DNA from: Octopus vulgaris
Taxonomy: Eukaryota
Length of the DNA stretch: 64,000 nucleotides
Assembly: GCA_951406725.2 (NCBI GenBank)
Contig: OX597818.1
Location: forward strand, 68,944,001-69,008,000
Reading direction: 5' to 3'
A program made the position numbers and the translations under genes. Below the pieces are notes generated by a model that worked only from the letters and a program-made list of their open reading frames with translations, did no database searches and had not been told where the DNA came from. Shown here in pieces: positions 12,700-27,019 of this stretch; the stretch's first letter is position 1; every line of letters begins with the position of its first letter.

Positions 12700-13040
12700 T
12701 TGCCTTCCTTCTTGATTATTCATGGGTCAATGGAGCATGCAACATCAACTATATAGCATGTGTGGTACACCTTGTCCACCATCACTAGGTCCAGTCTGTT
12801 CAGCTCTAGCACCTGGTCTGTTCGTTTTGGAAAATCCCAGAGGATTTTGCTAGTCTCCCAATCTGCCGCTCTCTGTGGTTCATGCTCATACCATGTCTTG
12901 CCTCTCTCTAGTCCCTACTTTAAACACAGTTTCCAATGTAGCACTTTTACTATCTGATCATGTCACCACAACTTGAAATGGTTTGGGGCAAGTCTAGGGC
13001 ATTCATTCATGATATGGGCAAGGATTTCGTCCACTACAAG
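12340..13040 (-). mobile_element. R4/Dong-clade LINE 3' fragment (zinc knuckle end and RLE endonuclease), interrupted by (TCTA)n at 12633-12696
   Basis: HIMNECPRLAP, HDQIVKVLHW, WYEHEP, KILWDF..RTDQ..NRLDLV, IVDVACSID, VKIEPIIVGSLG. Confidence 0.85.
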
Positions 13041-14408
13041 ATGCCTTGTAGAAAGAACTAAAAATGTCTAAAGAAGAGCTAACCTCAATACACAAAAGTA
13101 GAGAACAGAAAAAGAGAAGTTTGTTTCACAAACTTTCAAACTTTCGTTTATACACATTTTCACATTCAAAATAGCTTCCACATATAATTTCATAGCACAG
13201 TGGAACACTGCAATGGTGAAGAAGAATCAAAAACTCATAATCAAAACATTCGACTAAATTTAGAAGAGAAAGAAGTAAATGATTACCACAATGAAGAATA
13301 AAACATCCCGAAATTCTCGAAAAAGTAATCTGGCAGACAGCGATAATAACAACAACAACAACAACATCAACAGCGACAACAAATTCTGTAGCAACTCTTA
13401 GCACAATTCCAAACATTATGGCCCATTCGTAGCTGTGTGAAGATGAACTTTTCTTAAAAGCTAAAGGGACAGGATTTTTGGATTTATCACAGTTTCAAGA
13501 CAAGACATACAAATAGAAGAATTTAGTAAACTCAGCAGCATTATTTTGCCATAGAATGTGATCCAGGAGAGAGTGATGGGGAAACTCATATAATCTTGTA
13601 TACAAAGGAATGGAAGCACAACAAATTTTACCTGACATCAAATAATACAACAGGTTCTCCTGGGCATAACCAGGAATCCACTCAATGGCTTATAAGCATC
13701 GTTTGTTACACATTCCAAACTGGAAATGCCGCTAAGACACAAACAGAAATTGTCAGACTTCATACTGAATATACATTTGTACCCAAGAACATGAATCAAA
13801 GAAACATGCAACACATGATTTAGATACCTTGAACACTATGTAGACCCATGATTGGCATTAATACAGGAATGAAATTTGTTTAGGGTTTACAAACCCTGGT
13901 CCAAAATCTTTTACAAACTAGGTTGAATTTTTTCCAATCTTAATACCAGAACAAACACAGGGTGATAATAATAAAAGGATTTTTTGCCCTACCCCCTCAA
14001 AGATTTTATGGGAGTTCACTTGCACCCTTTTCACCTCTTTTTCCCAAGCCTATGATGGCTAGCAATGACCTTTGTGTCAGAATAAAGGAGAGTAGTCAAA
14101 GCAGGTTTAACAAAAGATGACCTGTGGTCAGAAGACATCAGACGTTTGGATGAGAAGCCCCAATGCATTTTATCTCTGAGACATAGTAGCCAACCTGTCC
14201 TCTAATAGCTTTCTATAATTTTAATAATTACAAAAACAGAAGAGCGACTAATATAGCCCAGGGTGAACTCCTGGGCCATCTTAGCTGGAACACTGTTGCT
14301 TATGGATCTGGGATTAAACAACAGCAGTGTGTATTAGGTGGACATAGTCTTCTTGAAGCAAATGACAAACATGAGACTCTTGTATAATGTTATACATACA
14401 TGCATACA

Positions 14409-14442
<34 letters not shown>

Positions 14443-14454
14443 CATATACATATA

Positions 14455-14612
14455 CTCTCGGAGTGGTTGGCATTAGGAAGGGCATCCAGCTATAGAAACT
14501 CTGTCAGATCAGATTGGAGTCTGGTGCAGCCATCTGGTTCGTCAGACCTCTGTCTAATCGTCCAACTCATGCTAGCATGGAAAGCGGATGTTAAACGATG
14601 ATGATGATCATC
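14455..14612 (+). mobile_element. RTE-type 3' UTR fragment
   Basis: GAGTGGTTGGCATTAGGAAGGGCATCCAGC...GTTAAACGATGATGAT. Confidence 0.85.
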
Positions 14613-14631
14613 ATGACATATACATGTACAT

Positions 14632-15460
<829 letters not shown>

Positions 15461-16324
15461 TATATATATATATATATAATTATATATATATATATACTGT
15501 AGCTTCAATCATCCCAGTTGACTAATTATCTCATCAGTTACCCAAAATGATTAACCATTTTATTGATGCTGTCAGATCAATGAAGTTCCTGAACCCATCT
15601 CTGTGATGATCAAATCCCAAGAAATGAAGGGAGTAAAGGGGATGAAACTTTTCTGGATAAAAGTTGACAGTAATTGTAGAAGTTCCGACATTAGAAATAA
15701 ACCTCCTCCAACTGAGATGGAAATGTATCGTTTAGCTGCTCTCATGCCTTCAACAGCAGTGTTATGAATGCCAGCAAAAAGAAATGGCACATCTTTACTG
15801 CTCATTATAGTGATGATGATGTTGTTTAATCCGAGATGATTCCTTACTGAGCTGACCTAGGGTTAAAAGTGTTTTGACCTTTGACCATCAATCTTTCTTT
15901 ACGTCAGAGACAACATAGTTGCTAATTGTTCACTGTGGCCTTCTGCTTTTTAAATACTAATCAAACATAATCCTGCAATTATAAGGTCAAAAAATAACTT
16001 CAGCTTAAGTTTATAAATTAGGAACAATACTATCAATGTGACCTTCCTTTTTTTAAGATGGAAGGAAATTTGGTTGCTATGACTTGCAAGTCAAGCTACC
16101 ACATTAAACATTCTATCGTTTTCCTGTAAGATGGCCTCTTGAAAGACCAATAATCATTTCACAAAATAAAGAATAAGGAACTGTTAGAAATGGTAAAGCA
16201 TCAACTGAATTCATTCAACTTTGCAGAGGCCTATGGAATCGGTGTGGCATTCATCCATGGACCAAAGTCCATGGCTATTCAGCACTTCTACATTGGTTGA
16301 TTCCACTTTACCTATGTTGCCATC

Positions 16325-16650
16325 TGAAGGTTGTTGGTCAGTCTGTGGCAGAGATGAATGAAGATAGGTTTCTGGAGTTATGTGTAGAAGTAACTGAACA
16401 ACACCTGTGAACATTTCATTACTGCTCATAAAGACAGCATCCTTGCCCTTTTACAGGTAACATCAGCAATAATTACATATTGGGGGAGAGATACTGATTG
16501 CAGTTTATTGCAAGCTGTTGACATGGCAACAAGCAGCTTGCTTAATATAACTGGAAATAACTGAGCTATATTTGTGGCGATGCAGTTTTATGCCATCAAT
16601 CTGTGCCATCTTTTTGAGGCACCTTCTTGAGGCACCTGGCTGGTTAAAAA
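16325..16650 (+). mobile_element. Unclassified interspersed repeat family E
   Basis: CTGAACAACACCTG..CATAAAGACA..CTTTTACAGGTAA..CAGCAATAATTACA..GGGGGAGAGAT..CAAGCTGTTGACATGGCAAC shared with 22930-23225 and 60255-60570. Confidence 0.8.
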
Positions 16651-17417
16651 TGTGAATGAAATGGGTTTTATAGGGAACCAGAACACAAATTCTATAATGT
16701 TCAAGACAACCTGTCCACACCATTGCTTCACCCTGACTGCTCAGTTAATAGATCATTCATGCATAACTATGGGGGTTTGCTCCTAATGTCTGACTGTTTA
16801 TCCAGGAATTCAGTTTCGAGGCCCTGCTACATTTCCTTTCTCTTCCTTTTAAAGCATGAAATTAATGCAATACTCACCCAAACTTCTTCCTCCAGGGTTG
16901 CCTTTACCTTTCTTTAGTTCATTGCCTCGACAATAATTCCTTAACTTTTTTCTTTTTTCAGTCACTAGACTGTAGCCATTGATTTCTCTTAGAACAACTG
17001 ATTGCATCTTTTAAACTATTAAATACTTGCATGAGTGTGGCAGCAAATGAGGTGGTTGTGTGCATTGCTTCTTCGAAGATATTTATGTTTTATTTTTGAA
17101 AAACATAAAAGAAAACAGCAAGAACTTGTATAATATCTATTTCCAAGACATTATAATGAACTCAGGAGTGTTTTTGTCTGGTTTACCAATATGCAAATTC
17201 TGCTCAAGCTAATTTGTTTTTATCCATCTTATATCTGTCTTTTTTTTTTTTTTGCTCTTTGTTTTCTTGCCATTTTTTCTTTAGCATTGGAGTTCAGATT
17301 CAAAAGTTCAATCATTAAACTGTGGTAAAACAAAATATGAATGTAAACAAACAATTACAAGAAAAACCAGTTTATTTCAAATCATGAAAATATTTTTCTT
17401 TCAATGATTATTAGAGT

Positions 17418-17455
17418 CTAGCAGGAAAACCGCCCTCCGGGTGGTTTTCTGCTGG
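17418..17455. other. Isolated GC-rich 38-bp hairpin ending in CTAG on the minus strand (Helitron/Helentron terminus-like)
   Basis: CTAGCAGGAAAACCGCCC-TCC-GGGTGGTTTTCTGCTGG in AT-rich flanks. Confidence 0.5.
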
Positions 17456-18404
17456 CATATACATTGTACATATTGATATTATATATATACATACAGATAT
17501 TATGCATAAATTATAGAGTAAATTGACACTCTGCACATGAATAGTTTATTCTGCAATCAGTAAAACAATCTGTGATACATTGAAAAAAGACGATAATGAA
17601 AATTGGGAAATTGGAGATGAGACTGTCAAGGCAAAATGTTCAGGAATCTTCACTTGAGTGAATTTGAAAATAGATTCTCTGCTGGGAATTAAGGAATTAC
17701 ATTTACCAATTTGAAGAGTTGAGTTTTTGCTATATTGTTGTGTCATTCTATTCACTTAAGTGTTTCTAGTGTCCCTTTCCTGGCAATTAAAAAGAAACTT
17801 AAATACATTTCAATTAAAAGAGAGTAATTAATGTCTCACTTCACTATAGAATTTCTATGAAGACACAACTGTCAACAAATGGACCCCTTTTTTTATTTAT
17901 CTGGGTTAATACTTTTGTATTTTCTTTTCTTGACACTCTTGATAGCGCAACATACATCTGACCATTTGCGAAGAATTGTGTTGGCAGATGTTATTATTGA
18001 CTAAATAATTTCAAAGTGGTACTCCAGCATGGCCACAGTCTAACACAATTTGTAAACTTAATTCTTTTAGAGAGGGTTTCTTGTTTTTAGAGTACATAAT
18101 ACTTTTAAAAATAATTAACTCATTTGTTTTGTTGGTTTTTTTTTGCTTTATTACATTTTTTATGAATGTGAAGAAAAGCTATTTGTTTACATATGGAATT
18201 ATGAACAGAAGATGACATTTAAAACAGTAGTGAATCTTGTAATATTAAGTATTATAGTTTATGTTTAATATACAAATAAACTTTGTAGTTTAAAACTTTT
18301 TTTTAATATTCATTAACAATTTCTACAAAGTAATATGACTTTTTTTAATAATGTGGAGGAAAAATAAACTGGACACTGTCCCACACTTCTTCAATCATTA
18401 TAGA

Positions 18405-18760
18405 TAAGAGCAACTCTGATCATGAACAAGAGTAGTGCAGTGGGGATCATAGCCATATATTGAGAGGAATTCTTTGGAACTTGAATAATAATCACCCCTG
18501 GAAACATGGGTGTTTTGTTCATCCTCTTTAAATAATTCTATTGAGCAGGACTACTCAATCTGAAGAAAATTCTAACTAGGCTCCACCTGTAAGATAATGC
18601 ACACCTTATCTTTACATGAGATCATCATGTCATGTGCATATATGGTTGTGACGCATGTGTCTGGTGTACCCTTATCAAACAGGGAGTCATGATGGGTATA
18701 CTAGGCTTTGTATATTTGTAGCCCAGTGTCACTTTGATGGCATGTGTTGCTTCCTCACTC
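18405..18760 (-). mobile_element. Interspersed repeat family D (longer copy)
   Basis: Matches 5412-5572 in reverse orientation. Confidence 0.8.
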
Positions 18761-18789
18761 ATTCAATAATATGAATAAGAATGATAATA

Positions 18790-19003
18790 ATCCTTTTTAC
18801 TAAAGGTACAGACTTGGAATTTTGGGGGAAGGTTCTAGTTGATTACATCGACCCCAGTGTTTCACTGGTACTTAATTTATTGACCCTAAAAGGAAGAAAG
18901 GCAAAGTTGACCTCAGAGGAATTTGAACTCAGAATGTAAAGACAGAAGAAATGCCAGTAAACGTTTCACCCAGCATGTTAATGATTCTGCCAGCTTGCCA
19001 GCT
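18790..19003 (-). mobile_element. SINE family B
   Basis: TCGACCCCAGTG...GGTACTTAATTTAT...AAAGGCAAAGTTGACCTC...ATTTGAACTCAGAA...CTGCCAGC. Confidence 0.85.
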
Positions 19004-19008
19004 TAATA

Positions 19009-19064
<56 letters not shown>

Positions 19065-19238
19065 GGTGGTGGTGGTGGTGGTGGTGGTTGTGGTGGTGGT
19101 GGTGATAATGGTGATGATGATGATGATGATGAAGAAGAAGAAGAAGAAGAAGAAGAAGAAGAAGAAGAAGAAGAAGAAGAAGAAGAAGAAAAAGAAGAGG
19201 AAGAGAAAGAAGAAAAAGAAGAAGAGGAGAAGAAGAAA
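19004..19238. repeat. Compound trinucleotide tract (GAT)n(GGT)n(GAT)n(GAA)n
   Basis: Directly visible; source of the poly-D/G/E ORF. Confidence 0.95.
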
Positions 19239-19259
19239 TTATGTCAAACTCAGAATAGA

Positions 19260-20130
19260 CCATGTAGCAGAAAGCATTAATTGCAGAATTTGTGGAGAGA
19301 ATGGGGAAACTGCATTGCATGTTACCAGTCAATAGAGACCACTATGTCAGAAAGAATATGAGAGGCAGCATGAAAACATAACAAGGATAATCCATTGGGT
19401 GTTTTGCAACAAGATTCAACTTGAGAGAGTAGAAAAGTGGTGAGATTAGCAAAACTCAGTCAGACAGCAAATATAGAGTCTGTAGGAAAGGAGATGAGAG
19501 TATAAATCATCTTTCTCTTTATATAGACTAGCACAAAAAAAGAGTTTAAGCATTGACATGACTGTGTAAATAAAAGAGTGCAATGGTATGTTAGCAGTGT
19601 GCATGGTTTTGAAATAAGTAGAAAGTAAACCAGAGGCTGTGATAGGGAATTTTAATTACAAGATCATATAGGACTGACCATGCTATTGAAACAAGACCAG
19701 ATATGATCATAGAGGATAAAGTAAACAGTCTAAGATCATGGATGTTGTAAATCCCTATCATAGCAGAGGTGATACCAAAGAAATTGAAAAAATCAACAAA
19801 TATCAGGATCTAGCCAGGGAGCTGAGAATGTTGTGGAAGACCAAAACAGCAATTATTCCTGTAGTAATTGGTGCACTTGGCACAACACCGAAAATGCTAT
19901 CTAAAAGACTGGAAGAGGTATGAAACTTGCATTCTCTAGTGGCAGAAAAGGGCCATCAAATATTCTGCAAGAATCCTCATAAAGATTCCTGAGATTTGAG
20001 GAGACATGTTGCTACCAAACCTCAAGATAACTTTCCTGCCAATTAAATTAACATGCTTATAACATGATTATGATTACAAGAACAACAACAACAACAATAA
20101 TAATAATAATGATAATAATAGTAATAATAA
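19260..20130 (+). mobile_element. R4/Dong-clade LINE 3' end (CCHC knuckle and RLE) with (AAC)n(AAT)n tail
   Basis: CRICGENGETALHV, HENITRIIHW, RPDMII, MDVVNP..KEIEKINKYQDLARELRMLWKTKTAIIPVVIGALG. Confidence 0.9.
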
Positions 20131-20548
20131 TTTTACATATGAGAGAAAAGTAAGAAAGAATTATTTAGTATAAATGTGTAGTGTAGTTCCATTGCAAAGT
20201 AATTTGGGTAGCAATTCGCAGGAGACCTGGCAGATCTTTGGTAAGTGAATCAAATGTTTATAGAAAATCCTACTTGAGTAATTACGCATTCGTTTGCCTC
20301 TAATCTAATTGCAACTGTGCTTTTCTTGCAATTAGTCTCATTAGAGCTAATATTGTTTTTGTTTCTATCTTCCTGATTATTTAGCTTTTGGAAAATTTTT
20401 TCTTTATCTTTATCCTAATTTCAGTTTTAAAAAAAGTTTCTAGAAAACTTTTCTCCTTTAATTTGTCTCCAAGCAAAACTAAAGTTGATTTGTATGAAAC
20501 AGCTGATGGTGGAATTGAATCAAACAAATCAGTCAACGCAGTTCAGTT

Positions 20549-20603
<55 letters not shown>

Positions 20604-20734
20604 CTCTCTCTCTCCTCTTCAACAGACTATTGAACTATGCTATTGCCATATTTCTTTACCCAAAAGGACAAACTTTTTGATCTCATTTTCGCAAATCTTC
20701 TTTAAATTTTTAGGAATATAGTCTTTTATGCTTG

Positions 20735-21130
20735 TGGAGGTCAAGGAGTTTACTTCCCATTCAAGTGGTTTTCAGGTCAATTCCACTGCATGGCACCTTG
20801 GCTAGTATCTTCTTATTTCTTTATTGCACAAGGGGCTAAACATAGAGGGGACAAACAAAGACACACAAAGGGATTAAGTCGATTAGATCAACCCCAGTGT
20901 GTAACTGGTACTTAATTTATCGACCCCGAAAGGATGAAAGGCAAAGTCAACCTTGGCGGAATTTGAACTCAGAACATAACGGCAAACGAAATATCGCTAA
21001 ACATTTCACCTGGCGTGCTAACGTTTCTGCCAACTCGTCACCTTGGCTAGTATCTTCTGTTGGAGCTTTGGGCCAACCAAAGCCTAGTGAGTGGATTCAG
21101 GGAAGCTAGAAACTGAAAGAAGCCTGTCAT
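20735..21130 (+). mobile_element. SINE family A (5' half), split by a nested SINE B
   Basis: Head and CCACTGCATGGCACCTTGG before the insert; GGGCCAACCAAAGCC..GTGAGTGGATT..GAAACTGAAAGAAGCC after it. Confidence 0.8.
20814..21038 (-). mobile_element. Young SINE family B with 20-bp target-site duplication
   Basis: CACCTTGGCTAGTATCTTCT at 20794-20813 and 21039-21058. Confidence 0.9.
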
Positions 21131-22029
21131 GCACACACACATGCATGTTCATATGTAGTAAATATGTATCTGAGTGTGCTTGTGTGAATTTGTGTGTGAG
21201 TTTGTACTTCCATCGTCCTCACATGTATTTATTGGTTATAAACAATGACCTTCCTGATGACGTTGTTTGCATGCAATCCACTGCAAAAACATGTCTGGAC
21301 TCCTTGACATGTCATGACATGTTGCTGCAAGATGTTTAGAAACAAAGAACTCGTTCATTTGTTCTCTATTTTCCACCTAAGCATGACTAGGAGATTCCTT
21401 GCTCACTTGAAAACTGGTGGCGACTGGCTTCAGGAAAGGCATTCAGCCGTAAAAAACACTGCCCAAATCTATTGTCATCTGGGCCATGTAAGCATAGAGA
21501 AACATGTTAAAACAGTAATGATGAGGATGATGATGATGATTATGTTTTGTTTTTTTTTGTTGTTGGTTTACCCTTAATGAGTTGAGACATGATAAGGTCA
21601 AAGTAATTCCAACCATGACCATCCTACATTTTTCACATGCTCCTCATTATTCATTGTGTCCTTCCATTTTCAATGATAGTAATTGTTATTTGAAAAAGAT
21701 TTAGTTGCTATTTCTAGCAGGTAGAGTGACCAAATAAAAGATACTACATTGGTTTGAAGAGCTGAAGGCTAAGAGCAAGTATCTGATTTTGTGAAAGAAT
21801 TCTAAATTGAAAATTGAAGGCCATAGAATATTATCTGAAGACTTGGGTTTGCTGAAAGGAAATGGATAAAATTGTTGGTTATTGAAAGAGGATGATTATT
21901 GGATGGAATCAGACTTTAGAAGCATTAACTTATTAAAAGCTGCCTTATTCACATTATCCCAGAGGTAAGTCTTTATACAACTGGTTTCTTGATATTTCCA
22001 TGGATAACAGTTGGTGTTGGTACCACATG

Positions 22030-22470
22030 AACTCACTGGTGCTGGTGCTTCATAAGAAGTACTGGTTTTGGTGCCTCGTAGAAAACATTTGTTCTAGTGC
22101 CACATAAAAAATAACCCAATATACTCTGTAAAGGGGTTGGCGTTAAGAAGTCCATCCAGGTGTAGAAACTACATCAAAACAGACAATGGACCATGTTGCA
22201 GCTCCTAGTCTTACGATCTGCTGTCAAACCGTCCAGTCCATACAATCACGGAAGACAAACCTTAAATGATGATGATTAAAAGGGCAAAATAATGAAGGCA
22301 TTGGACAAAATGCTTTGTGGTATTTCTGCAGGTTTTTCACTTTCTGTGTTCAAATTATGCTTTACCTTTCACCCTTTCAAGGTTGATAAAATAATTACCT
22401 GCCTAGCACTGGGATCAATGTAATCCATTTGTGCCCTACCACTAAAATTGCTGACCATGTGCCAAAATTA
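22030..22470 (+). mobile_element. Old RTE-type 3' UTR (22030-22275) followed by a diverged SINE B (22280-22470)
   Basis: Short GGTGCCACATAAAAA subunits, GGTTGGCGTTAAGAAG, AAATGATGATGAT; then GTTCAAATT...TTTCACCCTTTC...GCACTGGGATCAATG. Confidence 0.7.
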
Positions 22471-22499
22471 GAAGAACGTATATAACAGTCATTACTAGA

Positions 22500-22826
22500 A
22501 TTAGTTCTTTCCAGGCTGGGCATTAAGAGTGTTTATTGAGTGAAAACCCATAAAGCTGCACGAGGCTCCAGCAGGGGATGGTGGTGATCCCTGCTCTACT
22601 CTTTCACCACAACTTTCTCTCACCCTTTCTTCCTGTTGCTGTTGTACCTGTATTTCAAAGGGGCCAGCCTTGTCACACTCTGTGTCACACTGAATCTCCC
22701 TGGGAACTACGTTAAGGGTACACATGTCTGTGGAGTGCTCAGCCACTTGCACGTTAATTTCACGAGCAGGCTGTTCCATTGATCGGATCAACTGGAACCC
22801 TCGTTGTCGTAACTGACAGAGTGCCA
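22500..22826 (+). mobile_element. 5'-truncated SINE family F
   Basis: 3' half GAACTACGTTAAGGGTACACATGTCTGTGGAGTGCTCAGCCAC...TCAACTGGAA matches 61340-61510 reversed. Confidence 0.8.
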
Positions 22827-22929
22827 TGATTATCTTTATAGCCATCAATATGAAGATTATTAACATTACACCATTTTGGAAAGTAAATAAAGGTAGCAAG
22901 GCTGACAGAATCATTAGAACTTGTCACCT

Positions 22930-23225
22930 GGTTGTTGGTTGGCTGATCTGTGATGGTGACTGGTTGAGTTGATGAATGGAAATAGGTTTCTTGGGCTGCG
23001 TGAAGAATTACCTGAACAACACCTGAGAACATTTAGCAGAAGATTTTATTATCACGCATAAAGACAAACTGCATTGGCCTTTTACAGGTAAAAACAGCAA
23101 TAATTACAGACTGGGGGAGAGATGCTGCTTGGAGTTTATGGCAAGCTGTTGATATGGCAACGAGTGGATTATCCAACATGGCTGGAAGTGATTGTGCTAT
23201 GTTTGTGGAGAGGGAGGTTCTTGGT
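22930..23225 (+). mobile_element. Repeat family E
   Basis: Aligns by eye with 16325-16600. Confidence 0.8.
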
Positions 23226-23694
23226 CAACTGTTTGAGTGATGTGCAGCATGGGCTGTCTGGTGTGGTAAGGAATGGAGACACACATCTCACTTGGCTGCC
23301 TCAACATTCTGCAAGTAATTACTGCCAAAAGAAGCCTTTTATAGGGTGCAAGAAGAAGATTGTAGAAGCTGGCATGATGCTGGTTGCTTGCTTAATAGAC
23401 TGATTATGCGAAGCCATTGTGGTTTGCTCATGACGTCCAACTGCATATCCAGCGACTTGGTTTCGAATCCCAGCTACAGAACCACCAGGAAAATTACATT
23501 GCAGTATTTGCTCCAGCTGTTTACATTCTGAGTTCAAATCCTGCTGAGGGAAACCTTGCATTTCATTGCTCTGGAGAGAGTGCTACAATAATGTACCAGT
23601 CATGAACCAGGGTCAATATAATCAACTAACTTTTCCTCTCAAAATCACAGGCACATGCTGGACCCTTTATTTAAATAAGCCATTAAAAAACCCT

Positions 23695-24073
23695 TACCAT
23701 CATCATCATCATCATTGCTGTCACTGTAATCATCCTAACCACCACTGCCATCTTCATCATCACCACTACCCTCATCAATGTCTCAACCATCAGCATCATC
23801 ATGATCACATTCATTACCCCCGCTCCCACCACTTTTATCATCACCACCACAACCATCATCATCATCATCATTATCGCAATGCTACAGAGGAACTCAATAC
23901 CAATCTTCAACACTGTGATCATTAGCACCATTGTTGTCGTCATAGTCACGGTCATCATCGTCGTCATCATCGTCATCATCATCATCACCACTATCATCAT
24001 CGTTATCATCATCATTGTCAAAATCTTTTCATAATCAATGACACTGTTAATAATAACAGACAGCACCTGTAGT

Positions 24074-24117
<44 letters not shown>

Positions 24118-24121
24118 CAGC

Positions 24122-24155
<34 letters not shown>

Positions 24156-24160
24156 GCAAC
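23695..24160. repeat. Degenerate (CAT/CAC)n followed by (CAG)n
   Basis: Directly visible. Confidence 0.9.
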
Positions 24161-24914
24161 AGTTATGTGCATTCCTCATCCCATGATTGTCTTTTTTCTT
24201 TTTGTTGTTTTTTACCATGAACAGCCCCCCCCCCCCCGGCCACCTATCTCCTGCTTTGGTAATCTCCTGGCACCTTGTTAAATGCACAAAGAAACCACTT
24301 TTAACAGAGTAATTTAAATTGATATAAAACTCCTCCTGAACCAGCGATTCATTTTCAGAAATAATTGGGACGGCAGAGGAGTGGCAGGTTCTTTTTTTTT
24401 CTCTCTCTTACCTTTGTTTTATTTGTTTTTCTTTGTGTTTTAAATCTACTTGGAAACCTCCTCCTTCATTATCGCCAAACACCAACTCACACTATTTAGT
24501 TGTTGTTGTTGTTGTTGTTTTGCTCTTCTCTTTATTTCCTATTTTACATCTATTTTACAATGTTATCAAGACCAAGATGGTTTGTTCTTCTTCTTTTTGT
24601 CAATGATGCTTTTATTTGATTTTTCAATTTTTTTCTTTGTTTGTATGTTTTTTTCTTCTTTTCTTTCTTTTCTTTTTTTTTTTTTGGTTTGTTTTGTTTT
24701 CCTCGCATAGATTTAGAGATTTGCATGAAAAACTCTTGGAACATATATTTTAAGAATAAAAATATCCCCTTCCTATCACTAACCATTCAACCATAAAATC
24801 AAAGTGCTGGTCTTTCTGCAAGGTAAACTGAGAGATACAATTTAATGTTCTTTGTCTTTCATTATTTATTATTATTAAAATGTGAAGTGGTGCTGGGCGG
24901 CGGGAGGTGGGTGT

Positions 24915-25520
24915 GGTATCTCTAGGGCTTTGGATAAAATGTCTTGCAACATTTCTTCATGCTCTGACTCTTTATATTCTGAGTTCAAATCTAAGCAAGG
25001 CTAAGTTTGCACTTCTCCTTTCTGACTCAATAAAATCAAGTCCCCATCAAACACAAGCATTGATGGTCCCTAAAACCTCAATGCCCAAAGACACTGAGCT
25101 TTTGGGTCTAAATTAGAAACTCTTTATTAGTTGCTGATGAAGAATGAGGAATTAGCAGAAATGAATTAAAGCAGAAAACAAGTGCATTGTAGCACTTTTT
25201 CTGTCTCTTTATGTTTAGGGTTCAAATCCTGCCAAGCTAAAGGTTGTTTTTCATCATTCTGGGGCTGAACAAGTAAAGAACTAACCACATGCCTGGTTGA
25301 CTAATTTCTTTCAACAAAATTTGAGTCCCTGTGGTTTTATATAAGAATTATTTATAGAGTGAAAAGGGTGACATAGAAGTAGTGGCGATCATGACCACCA
25401 CAGCTGAGTGGATTAAATGTTTATGTTATTTACTTTAGCTCTTTTGTATTTTAGTTTCAAATCCTCTTGAAGATACGTTTGTATTTTTTCCTCAAGGGTT
25501 GATAAATAAATACAAGTTTG
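24915..25520 (+). mobile_element. Three old head-to-tail SINE B copies
   Basis: Repeated GTTCAAATC(C/T) B boxes near 24982, 25220 and 25455, each with a decayed core. Confidence 0.55.
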
Positions 25521-25779
25521 TGCTAATGCTACGTCGGCACACCTGTATGCACCCCTTAATTGTATCCAGGTTGGTGATAGGAAGGGCATTCTTCAAAATG
25601 GAAACAAAGCAAAATGAGTTTTTGTTCTTGGAATATCGGAACAATGTTGAATGCAGCCAATCCTAGAAAGCTGTGGAAGGAGAAAACTATTTGGAATGGT
25701 AAGTTCCATCATTCTATGGTTAGTGTGTCTTGTATTTCATTTCTGTATCTGGTGTGAGTTGCTATGAGAATCATGTAAT

Positions 25780-26185
25780 CATCATCATCATCGTTTAACG
25801 TCTGCTTTCTATGCTGGCATGAGTTAGACGGTTTGACTGAGGTCTGCCGAACCAGATGGCTGCACCAGGCTCCAATCTGATCTGGCAGAGTTTCTACAGC
25901 TGGATGCCCTTCCTAACGCCAACCACTCCAAGAGTGTAGTGGGTACTTTTACATGCCACCAGCACGAATGCCAGTCAGGCGGTACTGGCAATGGCCACAC
26001 TCAAATGGTGCTTTCATTGTGCCACCTGCACAGGAGCCAGTCCAGCAGCATTGGCAAACGACCTCGCTTGAATGTTTTTTCATGTGCCACCAGCACAAGT
26101 GCCAGTAAGGTGACACAGGTAACGATCACGCTCGAATGGTGCTTTTTAAGTGCCCATCGGCATGGAAGCAGCTTGTTGCTCTAGC
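25780..26185 (-). mobile_element. RTE-type 3' UTR with internal tandem subunits
   Basis: (CAT)n-CGTTTAACGTC signature plus repeated TTTTACATGCCACC-GCAC units. Confidence 0.85.
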
Positions 26186-26214
26186 AAATAAATAAGAAAT
26201 CCAGAGAGATTTAT

Positions 26215-26363
26215 TTTTGTGAGGAAAGTAAGATGTTTGCCTCCCAACCATATGGCTATGAGTTCAGTTCCACTTTGTGGCACCTTGGGCAGGTGCCTTA
26301 TACTGTAACCTTGGCCAAAGCCTTGAGAGTGGACTTCATAGATGCAAACTGGAAGAAGTTCAT

Positions 26364-26404
<41 letters not shown>

Positions 26405-26615
26405 TTGTGTTTGAGTTTCCCTGCCCCTACTGCTAGAAAACCGGTGTTAGTGTGTTTATGTCCCTGTTCCTTAGTGCCTCAGCAAAAGAAACCAAGAGAA
26501 CAAGTATGCGGCCTCATAAAGCAATAAGTACTGAGGGCATTCCTTTTGACTCTTATTTCTTCAAGTCCATGCCCCAGCCTGGCCACAGTCTAAGGATTGA
26601 AACAAGTAAAAGACC
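26215..26615 (+). mobile_element. SINE family A
   Basis: GTGGCACCTTGGGCAGGTG, internal (TG)n, tail GGCCACAGTCTAAGGATTGAAACAAGTAAAAGA. Confidence 0.8.
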
Positions 26616-27019
26616 AACAATAAAATACAACTTGAGATGAAAGAACATTAACCACAACCTTAAGCATGTCTCCCCAGACTGGTGAAGCCGATGTTGCTGA
26701 GAATTGTTCTGCAGACCATTGCCAGGAAGAAATTGTGAATAAGGTGGGTGTCCCAAATGTCTGTAATTCTGGGAACAAAGATTTGGATTATGCTTTAAAG
26801 GTAAAATGTTTCAGGATGATGAAAAGCAGGTGAATCAAATAGAATCAGTTATTGATGTCACACATCTCTCTCAAATGGAACAATGGGGGAAGGTTGAAGC
26901 AGCATTAGAAAAGAGCTGAGCACCACTCAGTGCATCGATGCACAGGTGAGAGCAGTGCATCAACAAATGCACCTCTGCTTATTTAGGATGGACTGGAATG
27001 TGCTTGTGTGTGTGTGTGT

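Noticed and set aside
17418-17455. Rho-independent terminator
   Set aside because: Eukaryotic context; the T run is part of the stem and there is no upstream gene
18951-19335. Acidic D/G/E-rich ORF
   Set aside because: Trinucleotide tract between a SINE and an R4 relic; no splice or domain support
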